A stretch of 64,000 nucleotides of DNA, from assembly GCA_028534125.1 (NCBI GenBank), contig CM052816.1:67768001-67832000 (forward strand). Direction: 5' to 3'. The position numbers and the translations under genes were made by a program. The notes under the pieces are model-generated. The model searched no databases and was not told where the DNA came from. It saw only the letters and a list, made by a program, of their open reading frames with translations. This document shows positions 11,066 to 23,899 of this stretch, in pieces. Position 1 is the first letter of the stretch; each line of letters starts with the position of its first letter. The stretch comes from Lama glama (taxonomy: Eukaryota).

Positions 11066-13199
11066 TTCTATATAAAATAACATATATAAGGTACTCATAG
11101 GTAAAGTAACTTTAGAAATGATAGATTTGAGTTTCTTTTCACCTAACTGCTATCAACATTGAAAGATGGCTTTTTGTAACCTAACGTCATCCATTTACCA
11201 TGGCTTGTTTATGGAGAATCTATTATATCCTTAGTTATGTGGAACCAAGAGGGCATTTGAAAGAGGTATAAAGCAAAGGAGTTGATAGTGTAGTAAAAAT
11301 GATGATACGGACAAGAAACAGCATGTGAAAGTGACAGCCCTGTACAAATAAAGTGCTGAATCCTACCCTTAATCGTTATTATGAAACAGCACAGCATATG
11401 AGATTGTGCTAATCGTATAAGATGGACAATATAATGTTAGTTCATTTTTCTCTAAGCACAGACTATTCTCATAATAAACTGGCTCAAGATTTCAGCCATC
11501 TTAGTATCTATCTCTCCTCCACATTCAGGCACTAAGCCTTTTCCAACTTTCCTAGGAAACTCCTTTAAGTTCTCTCCCATTTTCCCCCCATTCCCATCCT
11601 CTCTGCCAGAGTCCAGTTGTTCCTGGATTACTGCAGTTGTTTATTAATTTATTTTCCCCATTCCTCCTCCTCCCTTCTCTTCTGCCTCCCCCTATCTAGT
11701 TCTTTTTTTGTTGTTGTTTTACCAATATAAATAGTTTAAGGACTCAAATAGTTCACAAGTTTTGTTATGAGAAACAGTATTTCCCTGCCTCTCTTCCCAC
11801 TATTCCCCCTTCTCAAAGGCAGCCACTGGCACCTGTTTTATTTCTTTATTTCAGCTGCTTATTTTCACGCTTCTCTTCATGTGTTTTTGAGCATGCAGTA
11901 TTGCTGCTTCTCGATTATTTCATATCAGGCATTCTCTGTTGTCTTCCCATCAGAATAGAAGAGAATTTAGTCTCTTTTCTCCTCCTCATCATGCATTGGC
12001 CCATCCTCCCAGCAGTGTTAAATTGTAATTTGAGTTATCTATTGAATTCAGTGTTTTCATTATTATGACCACTATTTACCATTCAGTTAATCCATGAAAA
12101 ACAATTGTTGTTTTCCCTGAAGTTAATGTAAGCTGCTGTTATTATTGTTGTTATGTTTTAGATTTGTAAATGTCTTCATCCAGTTCTGCTCCTCTAGGGT
12201 GGTTATTAATTCATCTTTCAGAAGCTCAGGATCGCCTCCCAACCCCTACATACACAGAGTTTTTTTCCCAGGAATGTGCATTCATCAAGATGATCCCTGT
12301 AGTATAACATTTCCTTTCAAATGTTGATGTCTGGCGCCTTGCACTCTTTGGAAGGGTCAAGTAAGGAAGAAAGTTCACTTGTGTATTTGCATGCTCAGAA
12401 TTCCCAGGTGGCCTTGTGTCTGCAAATGTCCTCTTTTGTCCATAGGTGAAATCCATGGGGTGCTTTTTAATTCAGGCCTCACAATGACCTTGCCATCAGA
12501 GAACCCCATCGAATGTTCTCTTGTCAGTTTTTTCCATAAACCTGATACTTGTGCTGGTGACAACTGCTACCCCAGACATGTCACGGTGGCCACCTTCTGA
12601 AAATGTCTGCTCATGTGTGCACTGGCTCCCTGTCAAACTCTTCTCCAGATCCTTTGTCAATTCCTCTGGTGGGAGTTAAAAAATTTGTTTTGTTGAAGGT
12701 TGTCCTGGACTGAGATTTGTGGGATCCCTAAGAAGGCTAGTAATTCAGCACCTTTCTAACAGCTATTATTTGAATATGCATCTGGTGAGAATGTGGAAAA
12801 ATCAATGTTCTACTAACAAAAACCAAATACCTCCATTTATTTTCAAAATACCAAGAAGGTATTCAAAAGCGGTGCAAAACAAAGTCTTTATTACATGCAT
12901 ACATAACATATTATCTTATCTGGACATTCCTGTCATGTCAGTTTTCTGTCTAAAAATGAATAGTTGAGTAGCCTTGGTCCCTTACATTTGCTAAGGATAC
13001 ATGGATGTCATTACAAAGTCATAGATGTCTCATTCACACACTGTGGTTTTTATATTAGCAGAATGCTAAACCCACTTTTTTCAGACTTTCATCAGCTTTT
13101 TGGAAAGCCTTTTTTGAGGGGGGGTGCTATTTTTCAAAAAGGATAGTTTCTTGATATAAGAAAATAAACCATTTTCTCATTCCAGGTAAACCCACTCAC

Positions 13200-13317
13200 C
13201 ATGCGTTACTTGCTTTCAGAATATTAGCTGACAGTCATAGATGGTGTCAGGCAACAAGTGGCCACTTGTCCCAGGATTGGTGACACAACCATTGTGGTAG
13301 CACCACGAAAACTGCTC
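13200..13317 (-). other. Candidate internal exon (118 nt), noncoding or pseudogenic
   Basis: Minus strand: acceptor ctatttttatatcttcag|GAGCAG and donor GCATG|gtgagt; all three frames contain a stop. Confidence 0.4.
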
Positions 13318-13964
13318 CTGAAGATATAAAAATAGTCAATGAAGACAGACTAATGCCTTGCAAAGGAGAGATTTTTTTTGGTTTGTTCATTCATTTTTAA
13401 ATTAGAATTGACACCCTAGTGGGGGAGTGAAACCAAGTTCAATATGGCTACATAGATGATAGGTAGGTAGATATCACAATATCATTTGTATAAATTAAAC
13501 ATATATGTACACAGCTGTATCACTATGATTTGAGCTTGTCTCTCTGTGCATATTTTATATACACATAATTTTAAAATACACTCCAAAAGCCTATTATTAA
13601 GGCATTCGCTCAGCTTCAGTTTGAGCAGTTCAGCTGAAATTATCAGAGATAGAGCAATTGTCCTAAAGGTCTCAAGAGTTTAAAAAAATAATGCCAAGAG
13701 CTGAGATCTGGTTGAAGAAGGAACTTTGAGGAAGAAGGAAAGCTGCCACATTCACAGAAGGGCTTTGTTTGGGAGCATTGCCTCAGTCCCAGCAAGAGGA
13801 GCCTTGACGTTTACATCAACCCAATGAAGAGAATGACAAGACACTTCCACAAAGAGGAAAAGACAGCTTTTATGTAAAATAATCACTAGGACTTTGTTTC
13901 AAAACCAACTGTAAAAAGGATATGTGGATTTAAAAAAGAAGTATGTTGTAAGTCAAAAAATATA

Positions 13965-15785
13965 TGCAATCTTGAGGAGGAGCAAAGTTGGAAGAGTCAC
14001 ACATTTCAAAACAGATTAAAAAGCAAAAGTAATCGAGATATTATGGTACCAGCATTTAGATCAATAGACTGAAGGGAGAATCTAGAAATAAACCCTCACA
14101 TTTAGAATTAGATGATTTTTGACAAGAGTGCTAAGAAAATTAAATGGAGAAATAGTAGTATTTTCAACAAATGATTCTGGGACAACCAGATAGCCACATG
14201 CAAAAGAATGAAATGGAATCCCTACCTCATAGCATATACAAAAATTAACTAAATATGGATCAAAAACCTAAATGTGAGAGCTTCATAAATTTTAAATTAT
14301 AAAACTTTTGGAAGAAAATGTAGGGATAAATCTTTGTGACCTTATGCTTCATAATCATTTCTTAGATATGACACCAAAAGCACAAGCAACAGAAGAAAAA
14401 AAAAAGACAAATTGGATTTCATCATCAAAATGGAAAACTTTGTGTTTCATAGGATACTATCAAGAAACTGAAAAGACAGCCCTGATAAGGAACTTGTATC
14501 TAGAATATATACGAAGAATTCTTCCAACTCAATAATAAAAAGATAAATAATCTGATTTTAAAAGGGGCAAAGCATTTGCAGCAACATGAATAGACTTGGA
14601 GGGCATTATGCTAAATGAAGTGAGTCAGACAGAGAAAGATAAATATTGTATGATATTACTTTTATGTGGAATCCAAAAAAGACAACAAACTGGTGACTGT
14701 AACAAAAAAGAAGCAGACTCACAGATACGGAAAACAAACTAGTGGTTACTGGTGGGGAAAGGGGAGGGGTAATAAAGGGAGTAAGGAAGTGGGAGGCACA
14801 AACTCCTGGGTGTGAGAGAGGTTCAAGGTTGTATTGTTCAGCATGGGGAATATAGCCAATATTTCGTAATAACTGTAAATGGAAAGTAACCTTTAAAAAT
14901 TAAAAACAAAAATAAAAAATTTGAAATAAAAAATACGAATTGGTAGAAAAAACAAACAAACAAATAAATAAAAAGAGAGCAAAGGGTTGACATAGGTATT
15001 TCTCCAAGGAGGATATACAAGTGGTCAGTGAGCACATGAAAAGATGCTGAACATTGTTAGCTACGGGGGAAAATGCAAATCAAAAGCACACTAAAATACT
15101 ACTTTACACCCAGTACTATTGTTATAACAAAAAAGACAGATAATAACAAGCATTGGTGAGACTGTGGAGAAATCACTGATGGGAATGTAGAATTGTGCAG
15201 CTACTTTGAAAATATCTGGTCATTCCTGAAAATGCTAACCATAGAGTTACCATATGATGCAGCAGTTCCATTCCTGGGTCTGTACCTAAGAGAACTGAAA
15301 GCATATGTTCACACAAAAACTTATATGAGATTGTTCATAGCAGCATTATTCATAATAGCCCAAATATTCATCCACTGGAGAGTGGAATAAAAAATATAAA
15401 TCCATACAATGAAATATATAGACGTAAGAAGGAATGAAGTATGTACTGATTTGTGATGCAACATGGATAAACTTGGCTATGTTGCGTGAAAGAAGTGAGA
15501 CACAAAAGGCCACAAATGTTGTGATTCCACTTATGTAAAATGTCCAGAACAGGCAAACCTATAGAGACAGAAAGCAGATTCGTGGTTGCCAAGGGTTGGA
15601 CAGAGGGAGGATAGCAAGTGACTCCTTGACGGTACAGATTTTCTTCTGGGGAAGATAAAAATATAGAAGACTCTATTGTGATGGTTGCACAACTCTTGTG
15701 AATGTACTAAAAACCAACAGACTGTCCACTTTAAATGGGTGAAGTGTATGTTATGTGAGCTATATCTCACTAAGACTTCACAAAA
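13965..15785 (+). mobile_element. L1MB-type LINE (ORF2 3' part plus 3' UTR)
   Basis: ORF2 remnants (e.g. 14308 'EENVGINLCDL...FLDMTPKAQATEEK', 15193 'LPYDAAVPFLGLY') and L1MB-like end 'tttaaatgggtgaagtgtatgttatgtgagctatatctca'. Confidence 0.9.
14573..14970 (+). mobile_element. Younger L1 3' end nested in the L1MB
   Basis: 'catttgcagcaacatgaatagacttggagggcattatgctaaatgaag...ggaaagtaacctttaaaaatt' plus A tail; imperfect TSD aaaaggggcaaag / aaaagagagcaaag; host ORF2 resumes at 14985. Confidence 0.85.
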
Positions 15786-18235
15786 AATACCTGCAGTTAA
15801 AACAATACTACCCATTTTGTAAGAATGTATGTAAAGTAACCATGCACATTAAACGCATCAGATGTGTCACAATGGCTGAGTATGAGGGTTCCCAGGAGGT
15901 GAGCAAGGCAGTCTCAGCATTTTGGTTCTTCAGCCTCATCTTTACCCCCATCTTTTCCCTGTTTACAATCTCAGTTCACTACTTTAAACACACGTAAATA
16001 TCCAAATGGTTTTGACCTAGTTTAGTCTTAACATTGAAACGAGGGAACCCTCTTGCTCAGCTGGTCTGTGACTTGCAGGTTCTTCAGTCCTTCTTGGTTA
16101 AATAATAAAATTTTCACATGCCAAATTTTGTTCTGGAATGATTTCTTCCTTTTATGAAGGCATTACATTTATTTAGATTGGACCACTGATCACACATTGC
16201 TTCTGTCTGCTTTTGTGTTGTTTCCTTCTGTTGCAATTTATGCTTTAATGTACTTAGTCCTTTTCTTCCTGATCAAATTATAAATCTCTTAAGGGCAAAA
16301 CCTTTATTTTTTTTCATTCCACACAGTAACTGTTATGATTCTTTTCATAAAACAGGGAATCAATAACATTGATTGACAGACTGTTTGACAGTATTCTTGG
16401 CTTTACTAAACTGATTTGGGGACTCACAAAACAGTCTCAGGTGGTATTTCCTACTGTAGCTCCACATATGTGTTTTAAAAGATCAGATTTTTAGATTACT
16501 GTGAATTTTATCTCATATACATTTTGTCTTTGCATATACTATTGTCTTCACATAACTTGAAAACAAGTGACTTACAATTTGTAATGTGACAACTGGACAT
16601 TTCACCCATCACTTCATTGGGTACTACACAGAATGTCCCAGATAGTCCCTGCTTTCAGCAAGTTTGCTAAAACAAGTTTATAAAAATACAAAGCCCTTTG
16701 GTAAGATCGTATGGGCTTAAAATTAATTGGTTTAAAGCTGTAATCATTGTTACAATTAACCTTATTTTTGAAAACTAAACGTGTATATATTTCTACATGA
16801 CCTTTATTTGCAGAAGTCTGTAGCATTGGCTGGGAAAGGCATCTCGGCAATCATTTCAGTAATTGTGCCCTATCAGACACAAAAGCAATCCTGAAGCTGG
16901 AGAGTATAGCCTTTTCAAAAACAGTTCATGTTTCATATTCAGAAGGTCGTAGGTCCAAATTCCACTATCTTTCATTCTCGTTTTGTGGCAGAGGATGGGA
17001 AAGTGTAAATGAACATCTCAATGTTAGGCTTCAGCCCTGTGGTACTTACTCATTCAATTACTTGAGTGTTTGCTTTTTCAGGCTAGAATATGAGTCCTTA
17101 AACCAGTAAGAAAGCTTAGAACCTCTAGTAGCTTTTTCTAGTCACTTAGAGGGTTTAAATAATGAGTTGCCTTAAAGAGTCCTTTAGCTTTACTGAGACA
17201 GTGCAGGACTACCCCATAGATTATGATGTGTTCAGGACACCAGCAAAGCCGAGGACATCCTCCCACTAAACATAAACAAGTAAACTTTGACATATTTTTT
17301 CATAATGTTCACACTCAAGAATGTAGAAAGGAACTCTTTTAATTTCAGCATGCATGGAAGTTTTGTATCAAAATAAAAATTTGAATTACCAGTAGGGTGA
17401 GAGGACCCCACAATCTTTTCAGTGTTTGTGGTCTCCAAAGGGCCCTATTGCAAGAAGTTACATAGTATGTGTATAAAGTCAAGTGAGAATTCTCTAACTC
17501 CACATACACAGTTGGATAATCTAATTTTTTGAAGGTGAAATTAAGATAACATTTTAGAACCTAGGCATATGGAAACTCTGTACTACCGGAAAGAAATCAA
17601 TTGGAATTAAGACCCAGGCATGCCTGAAAGCTGGTTATCCTGTTTCGAATATCTAAGTATCAAAGTCAGTCACTCTGAAAAAGCCCCCAAGCACTGGACA
17701 GCCACTCTGGCTTCATTCAAACAGTGCGTTCTAGATGGATTCATAGGGATCAATTATAGGCCTCTTTCCCTGCTCCACAAAATTCTCTTCTTTGACATTT
17801 ACCCTTTTCTAAAACCAACTAAAATGGTTTTATTTGTATATATATTTTTCTTCATAATTTTATACATATTTGATATCATAGTGACAATGAGAAGAATTTT
17901 ATTATTACTTATCAAAGAATGCTTTTTCATATATGGTTAAGGAGATGTAAATGTAGCTGATGACTTCACTTGAGGAGCACAGAAGTAAATGAAGCTTATA
18001 ATATTTTGCTTCTTAAATTATTAAACCATATAAAATTACAAAAATTGATGGCAATAACAAAGAGTTAGATACTCACTAACCAGCTTGAATATGTACTGGT
18101 ATTTTGAGATTTTCTGTTATTTCTTTGGAGCTTAGTTTTGTATTATGCATTTCTATGTGCTGTGATAGGAGCTATTCCCCAGGACCACTGTCCTCCATGT
18201 TCTTGGAACCAGTTTATGTTGCTTTCATATTGGTT

Positions 18236-18279
18236 AAAAAAACAAAAAACAAAAAACAAAAAACAAAAAACAAAAAAAA
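18236..18279 (+). repeat. (CAAAAAA)n simple repeat
   Basis: Directly visible. Confidence 0.9.
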
Positions 18280-18385
18280 CTTTGTACCACACAACCCTAT
18301 GGAGCTTATATAACTTAATATAAAAGCCCTTTAAAAATTGGGAAGATCTGATTAAGAATTATTATTATTGCATTTTATAGAGAGA

Positions 18386-18605
18386 GCAGTGGTCCTAACA
18401 GTTGAAGCATAAATCAGATTCACCCAAGGGCTTGTTAAAATCATAGCTTCCCAGGCCACATCCCCAGAGTTTTTGATTCAGTAGGTCTTGGGTGAGGTCT
18501 CAGAATTTGTTTCTCAAATAGATTCTCAGGTGATGCTGAAGCTGCTGACACTGAATTCATACTAGCTGTATAAGCATCACCGGGGCCACTCTTTGAGAAT
18601 CACCT
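18386..18605. mobile_element. MER5A hAT-Charlie MITE
   Basis: 'gggcttgttaaaatc...ccccagagtttttgattcagtaggtcttgggtgaggtctcagaatttg...ctttgagaatcac'. Confidence 0.8.
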
Positions 18606-18867
18606 ATGTAGAGGAACCAATATATTTTCTTAGCATCTTTTGGCATTAATGCTTTCAGAGAACTTCACTTTAAAACTATTTTATAGATGAGGAATTTAAT
18701 GAAAAAATCAGTTAGGTGATTTTCCAAGGTTTTTACTAATAAACAAGCACTGGAAACCCCTGGGATTTCTTTACCTGGCTTTTGTTGCAACAATTTAAAA
18801 CTAAGATTAAATCATAAAAATATTTTTAATGGACTAGTCCTCTTTTTTACTTGAAGATTATATCTCT

Positions 18868-19003
18868 TTTTAATTATTTTCTGGGGGGAAACAATTAAGT
18901 TTATTTATTTACTTATTTTATCTTATTGGAGGCACTGGGGATTGAACCCCAGACCTCATTCATGCTAAGCACATACTCTACCACTGAGCTATACCCACTA
19001 CCC
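18868..19003 (-). mobile_element. tRNA-Ala-derived camelid SINE
   Basis: 'ggaggcactggggattgaaccccagacctcattcatgctaagcacatactctaccactgagctataccc' preceded by a T-rich tail. Confidence 0.85.
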
Positions 19004-19329
19004 AAATTATATTTTTATATTGTTTATTCTATAAGTGAAAGTTGGCTGGTCTTGATAATATCAACGAAATTCATAAAAAGAATCCTAGGGTCAAGTGTAA
19101 ATATCAGGAAACAAACTGAAGTACTACTTTCATTAACTAGACAGGAATAATTGGTGGAGAAGTCTTATGTCTACATGGGGTCAAAGAGCAACTCAGTCAT
19201 AAAAGTTCTAGTCACAGACTAGATACTAAATAAATCCTTGCTTATCAACTAAATCCCATTAAATTTTTTTGTTTCAATCGAAGACCTGGCAGGTGCAGTA
19301 TCTTCCTGAGCTTCTTACTTAGGCCCCCT

Positions 19330-19535
19330 ATTCAGAGTGTGTTGAGGTCCAGCTGAGTAGGCATCACCTGGGAACGCACTGAACTGCAGGACCGTGGGCC
19401 CCACTCCAACCTTCTGGTCAGAATCTGCTTTTTAGCACAAGCCCCGGTTGGTTCAATGTGCGTGAAAGTGACAGCTTTTGAGATTCCACATTCCTAAGAT
19501 GCTCTTTGCTGGTCCACTTAACCACACTTTAGCAG
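19330..19535. mobile_element. MER5-type MITE
   Basis: 'ggcatcacctgggaacg...gggccccactccaaccttctggtcagaatctgctttttagcacaagcccc'. Confidence 0.65.
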
Positions 19536-20804
19536 GACTCTACTCCCTCCCTGTCATTAAAATGAACACCTTTGAAAAATTCTACCTTTGCTAATCAGTT
19601 CAACAATTACTCAATTCAGTAAAAATTTATCAACCCTATGGACACTGTCTTGAGGAGGGAAAAATAAAGATAGGCAGGAGCAGCTCTCAAAGTGAAGTAA
19701 GTTCGGTGGGCAGTGTTTTAGAACAGTGACAGTCATATCTGATTGCTCCAAACAGCAACGCCAATGAACCTAACTAAAATATATATTATGTATAAACTAT
19801 GTTATATAATTAATATGTATATAATTGTAACAAAGAAAGCCCAGAATCCAACTTCCATAAAACTTTCGTTTGAAAGAATGTAAAGCAATGGTGAACAGAG
19901 AAAACTATACAGAACTTAGATGGAACCCATCACATTACATTAAGTACATTATTTGATTTGTTAAAGCAGTTTCACAGCCATTGTTTTGATTCAGAGGCTT
20001 TTGTACTTTAAGCTATGTACAGAGTAACTGGTGTGAAAGAAACACATTTGATTAGAACGTGCATTTGGGTCAAAGTGCTTTGGAGTGTTTCCAGCTTCAA
20101 ATATAAGAAGGATCGTTTCAAGGCTTGGCTAACATTCTGGTGCTGATTTGTGCTACTCAAAATGAAGGAAAGGAAATATACTAACTCTTATGGTTTGAAG
20201 ATAAATGTCAATCTGCAGCCTGAGTCGTGTGTGTTGTGACAAAGCATATAGCTGATGGAAGTGAAACCACATGTGTTGGACTAAGACTGGACTGAGGCCT
20301 GTGGATCTGGATTCCACTTCTTAGAAGGCAAGTCCTTCATTCATTTATTCACCATGACCCTCCCCCCTCCAATTGATATCTAAGCTAAATTTGTAATGAT
20401 ACAGTTTTCTGTTGATGCCAGAGCATGAGGGCAGATTTTCTTTCTGTTTTTTTTTAATGAAAGAAAATGTGAATATGGCTCCTGAGAAACATATTATTTC
20501 CATAACAAACATTCCCATCTTTTGTTCTTTCATCTTTTCAGTTTCTCTAGGGTGAAGAATTAGAAGGCTCATGGGTAGGACAGTCCCTACCTGAAAGGGC
20601 TTGGATAACATCAGCAGGTTATTTTTTTTTCCATGTGTTGGTTTAACAATGGAGCAATAGCCCATTAAGAAGAAAGTCTGAGAGTATCTTTGTTGACAGA
20701 ATAGCTTTCTGTCTCTATCTCAAGGACATTCTAATTTCAGTGGATATCTAGTAATGTTGGGTAAATCTACCCATCCATCCACCCATTTTAAAAATCTTTT
20801 TTTC

Positions 20805-20960
20805 TTTCATTCAGCCATCCATTCAACAAGTGTATATACCAAGTGCCTTTTAGATGCCAGGCACTGTGCTCAGTGCTGTGATACAAACGTAAAAATACTT
20901 CAGTCCCCAAACTCAAGGAGTTTCCGTTCTAGTGGGAGAGAGAAACACTCAAAGAAATAA
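20805..20960 (-). mobile_element. L2 3' end
   Basis: 'cattcaacaagtgtatataccaagtgccttttagatgccaggcactgtgctcagtgctgtgataca'. Confidence 0.75.
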
Positions 20961-21054
20961 TTTTAATATGGTAGGATACATGCCATTATGCAGGTATTAG
21001 GGAAAGTAATGCATTGGTGCCCCTATCACTTTCTGGTTAGAACAATAATAACTT

Positions 21055-21300
21055 GCCAGGCCTTCAGAGTTTCAGATTAACTGGAGTCTAGTTTAAATTG
21101 TGTTCCTCTTACTTTGTAATTATTTGGCCACAGACAAGTTAGGTGACCAGTCTGTGTTCAGTTTCATCATTTGTGAAGTGGAGATAATAATTATACCTCT
21201 TGCATAAGGCTGATACCAAGATAAAACAAGTTAATATAAGTAATGTGCTAGAATTAATGATGTTTAGCAGTATTTACTTATGCAATGTAAATGCTGATTA
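21055..21300 (+). mobile_element. MIR SINE
   Basis: 'ttcagtttcatcatttgtgaagtggagataataattatacctcttgcataaggc'. Confidence 0.65.
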
Positions 21301-23429
21301 TAGTTATCGCCCCTTATTTTCAAGATAGATTTAACACTCCATTGGAGCAGTAGTCTCCAAAGATCATCTGTTGAAAGTAGGAAGAAAATACTAGAACATC
21401 TATTCCTAATTGTTTTCTTATCCCTTTTCAATTTCTACTTTTTGTCTTATAATGCATAAAGTATTAGAGAATATACATATATAGTTTATTAATGAATGAA
21501 TCAACACACATACAGATATTGGGGTAAATGTTAATTTCTTTTCGCTGGTATTCAGTCCAAAGCTTAGAAATAACTGCATCATTGAAGCATATGACATTCC
21601 TGTCTACAGAAGAGGATTGCAATTTATAATTTATAATATATGCTTTACATACATTACATCAAGTGCCAAGAAGATCCTGAGCATATTATGTACTTTTCAG
21701 CAGCTCCTGATTCTTGCCAAATCCACATGGACACAGCTGAATGGTGCATATAGGCATACCAGAGGAAATGAATTGAGAAGTCAGTCCTACCTTATGCCCT
21801 TGAAGAGGCATTTGCTAGGCGTTGCAGGGCCTTAAAGAAGTTGGCTTGTATTTTGCTAGCCTATGTGCTAATTACACACACTCAACAATCACATGACAAT
21901 GACACATGAAATATAAAATCCATTGGAATATAAATTGAACATATCTTTGACCAGCGTTTTCTCCAGTGTGATGGGTAATGAATGATCTTTTTTGGCATTT
22001 GGTTTTCTGAAATTTTAGAAGTTCTATGAGACAGGCACACAGAAACGTTTACTATGGAATGCAATCTGGTCTTCCTGTCTACATGACTCATTTTCAGATT
22101 TTCTTGTGTAAAAGAAACTGAAAAGGCTACCAAAACAACAGCTGCTTAGCTATAAATTACTAAAACAAGTCTCTCATTCAAGATTATTATTGAAAGGCTT
22201 TATTTAGTGCAATTTACAAGTTCATGAAGGATTTTATTTAACACATTCATACTTGATATAGCTTTTGAAGCCATTTAGGAAAGGTCTGGGGATTATACAG
22301 GAGCAACCCTTTTTTCCCTTGCTGAGAGCTTGAAGATTAATTTACATAAACAAAAAAGGAAAGCCATGTTTGCTAGAAATTCCACCCATGTTGGCTAGAA
22401 ATTCCATAAGCTCACTACATATTTAATTGGGGTTGCATTAAAAACCCACTCATTAAAAAACAAAGCATATCAGGTGGAAAGAGAGAGTTGTCATCAACTT
22501 CTCACTGATTAGAAAGATAACAGAGGATGTGGTGGTAATTAGCAGGAAACTTGGGGGGCATACAAATTATTAGCTTGTGAAATTTTGTTCCTAGCTTTAA
22601 AAAAAAATACCTATTGCTTTCACCAAAGCTTGTTTTTCTAAATTGAATTATTTTCTCCTTTGGTTCCATTTTGTATTTCTTGATTTTTAAGAGATGAAAA
22701 TCCAAAGCAATTGTCTTAACACAGGGTCTACTCTGCATTTGGTGCTGATTCATGCCTGCCTTGGGCAAGCCCTCACCTCCTCCTTCCTCAGTTTCTCCAT
22801 CCACAGAACAAGGGTATAATGCCTACCTCACAAGCTTGCCATCCATTAGCTAATGTTGGTAAAACATCTCTAAAGATGGAGTGTCCTGATTATTGCTCCT
22901 TCTGATATACTTGTGTAATTTAGGACATACACTCTAAATTTTCCAGTGAGAATGAAACCTTTAGTTTCTCGTCTTTTGATTGTGTGTGTGTGTGAGATTT
23001 GGTCTTTTAAGAAAAGCAAATATTGTGAACTGCTGGTTAATTTGTTAATGAAGTATGCCTTACTTTGCATGTTTGACAGACTATTCCTGGGATATTCATA
23101 ATAATCTGTAAGTGGTGGGAAGTGTGAGGAGGGCTGTATTGGCTTCTTAAGTGTTTGTTACTTAAAAAATTTTGAGGACCCACTGATTTTCTCTCTAGAA
23201 TAAAAGAATGTTGAGAATATGAATCCCAAATGCTAGTTACTTTCCTTACATAGATACTTCCTTCAATAATTTCCAGATTTAGTGAATTTTCTCTTTTTAA
23301 CCTGAAGGGTTCCCCCTTCTCCAAAGAACTCTAGAGCTGCAAAACCCCCCAGGCGTGGCTTGTTATCAGTGAAGCAGCATACACCTAGTGAGCATCGTCT
23401 GTCCTCTAGTCCTGCTATAGAAGATGTGG

Positions 23430-23600
23430 GTCAGCTATTCTCCGAGTGCTGCCTCAGGACTAGCATCACCCGTAAACTTGTTACAGAAATTCTCGGATCT
23501 CATTCGAGACCTCCAAATCAGGGCCCCTGGGACTGGGGCCCAGCAATCTGTGTTTTAACAAACCCTCTAGGTGATTCTGCTGTTTGCTGAAGTCCACTCT
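23430..23600. mobile_element. MER5A MITE
   Basis: 'agcatcacccgtaaacttgttacagaaattctc...ggggcccagcaatctgtgttttaacaaaccctctaggtgattctg'. Confidence 0.8.
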
Positions 23601-23899
23601 CTGGCGGATACAAGTTGAGGCAGAGTTTTGTGACTTGTAGATTGTCCTCATCTGTCCTTGTTGCCAGCATGTGGGCTGCCATAGGCTGCAGGGCACACTG
23701 TCCACATAAGCGCATCTATCTACTGATTATGTGCCTGCGCTCTTGGGCTTAGTGTAAGAAACACCCTGTATTATCACTTCTTGCACATCCACTCTCTAAG
23801 CAGGGGTAGGTGTTGAAGTTGTGCTAGGAGAGGGAAGTTCTCTCACCTGAATTCAGTTCTTCTTGGATTCATGAACCCCACGTTACAGGGGCTAGGCAA

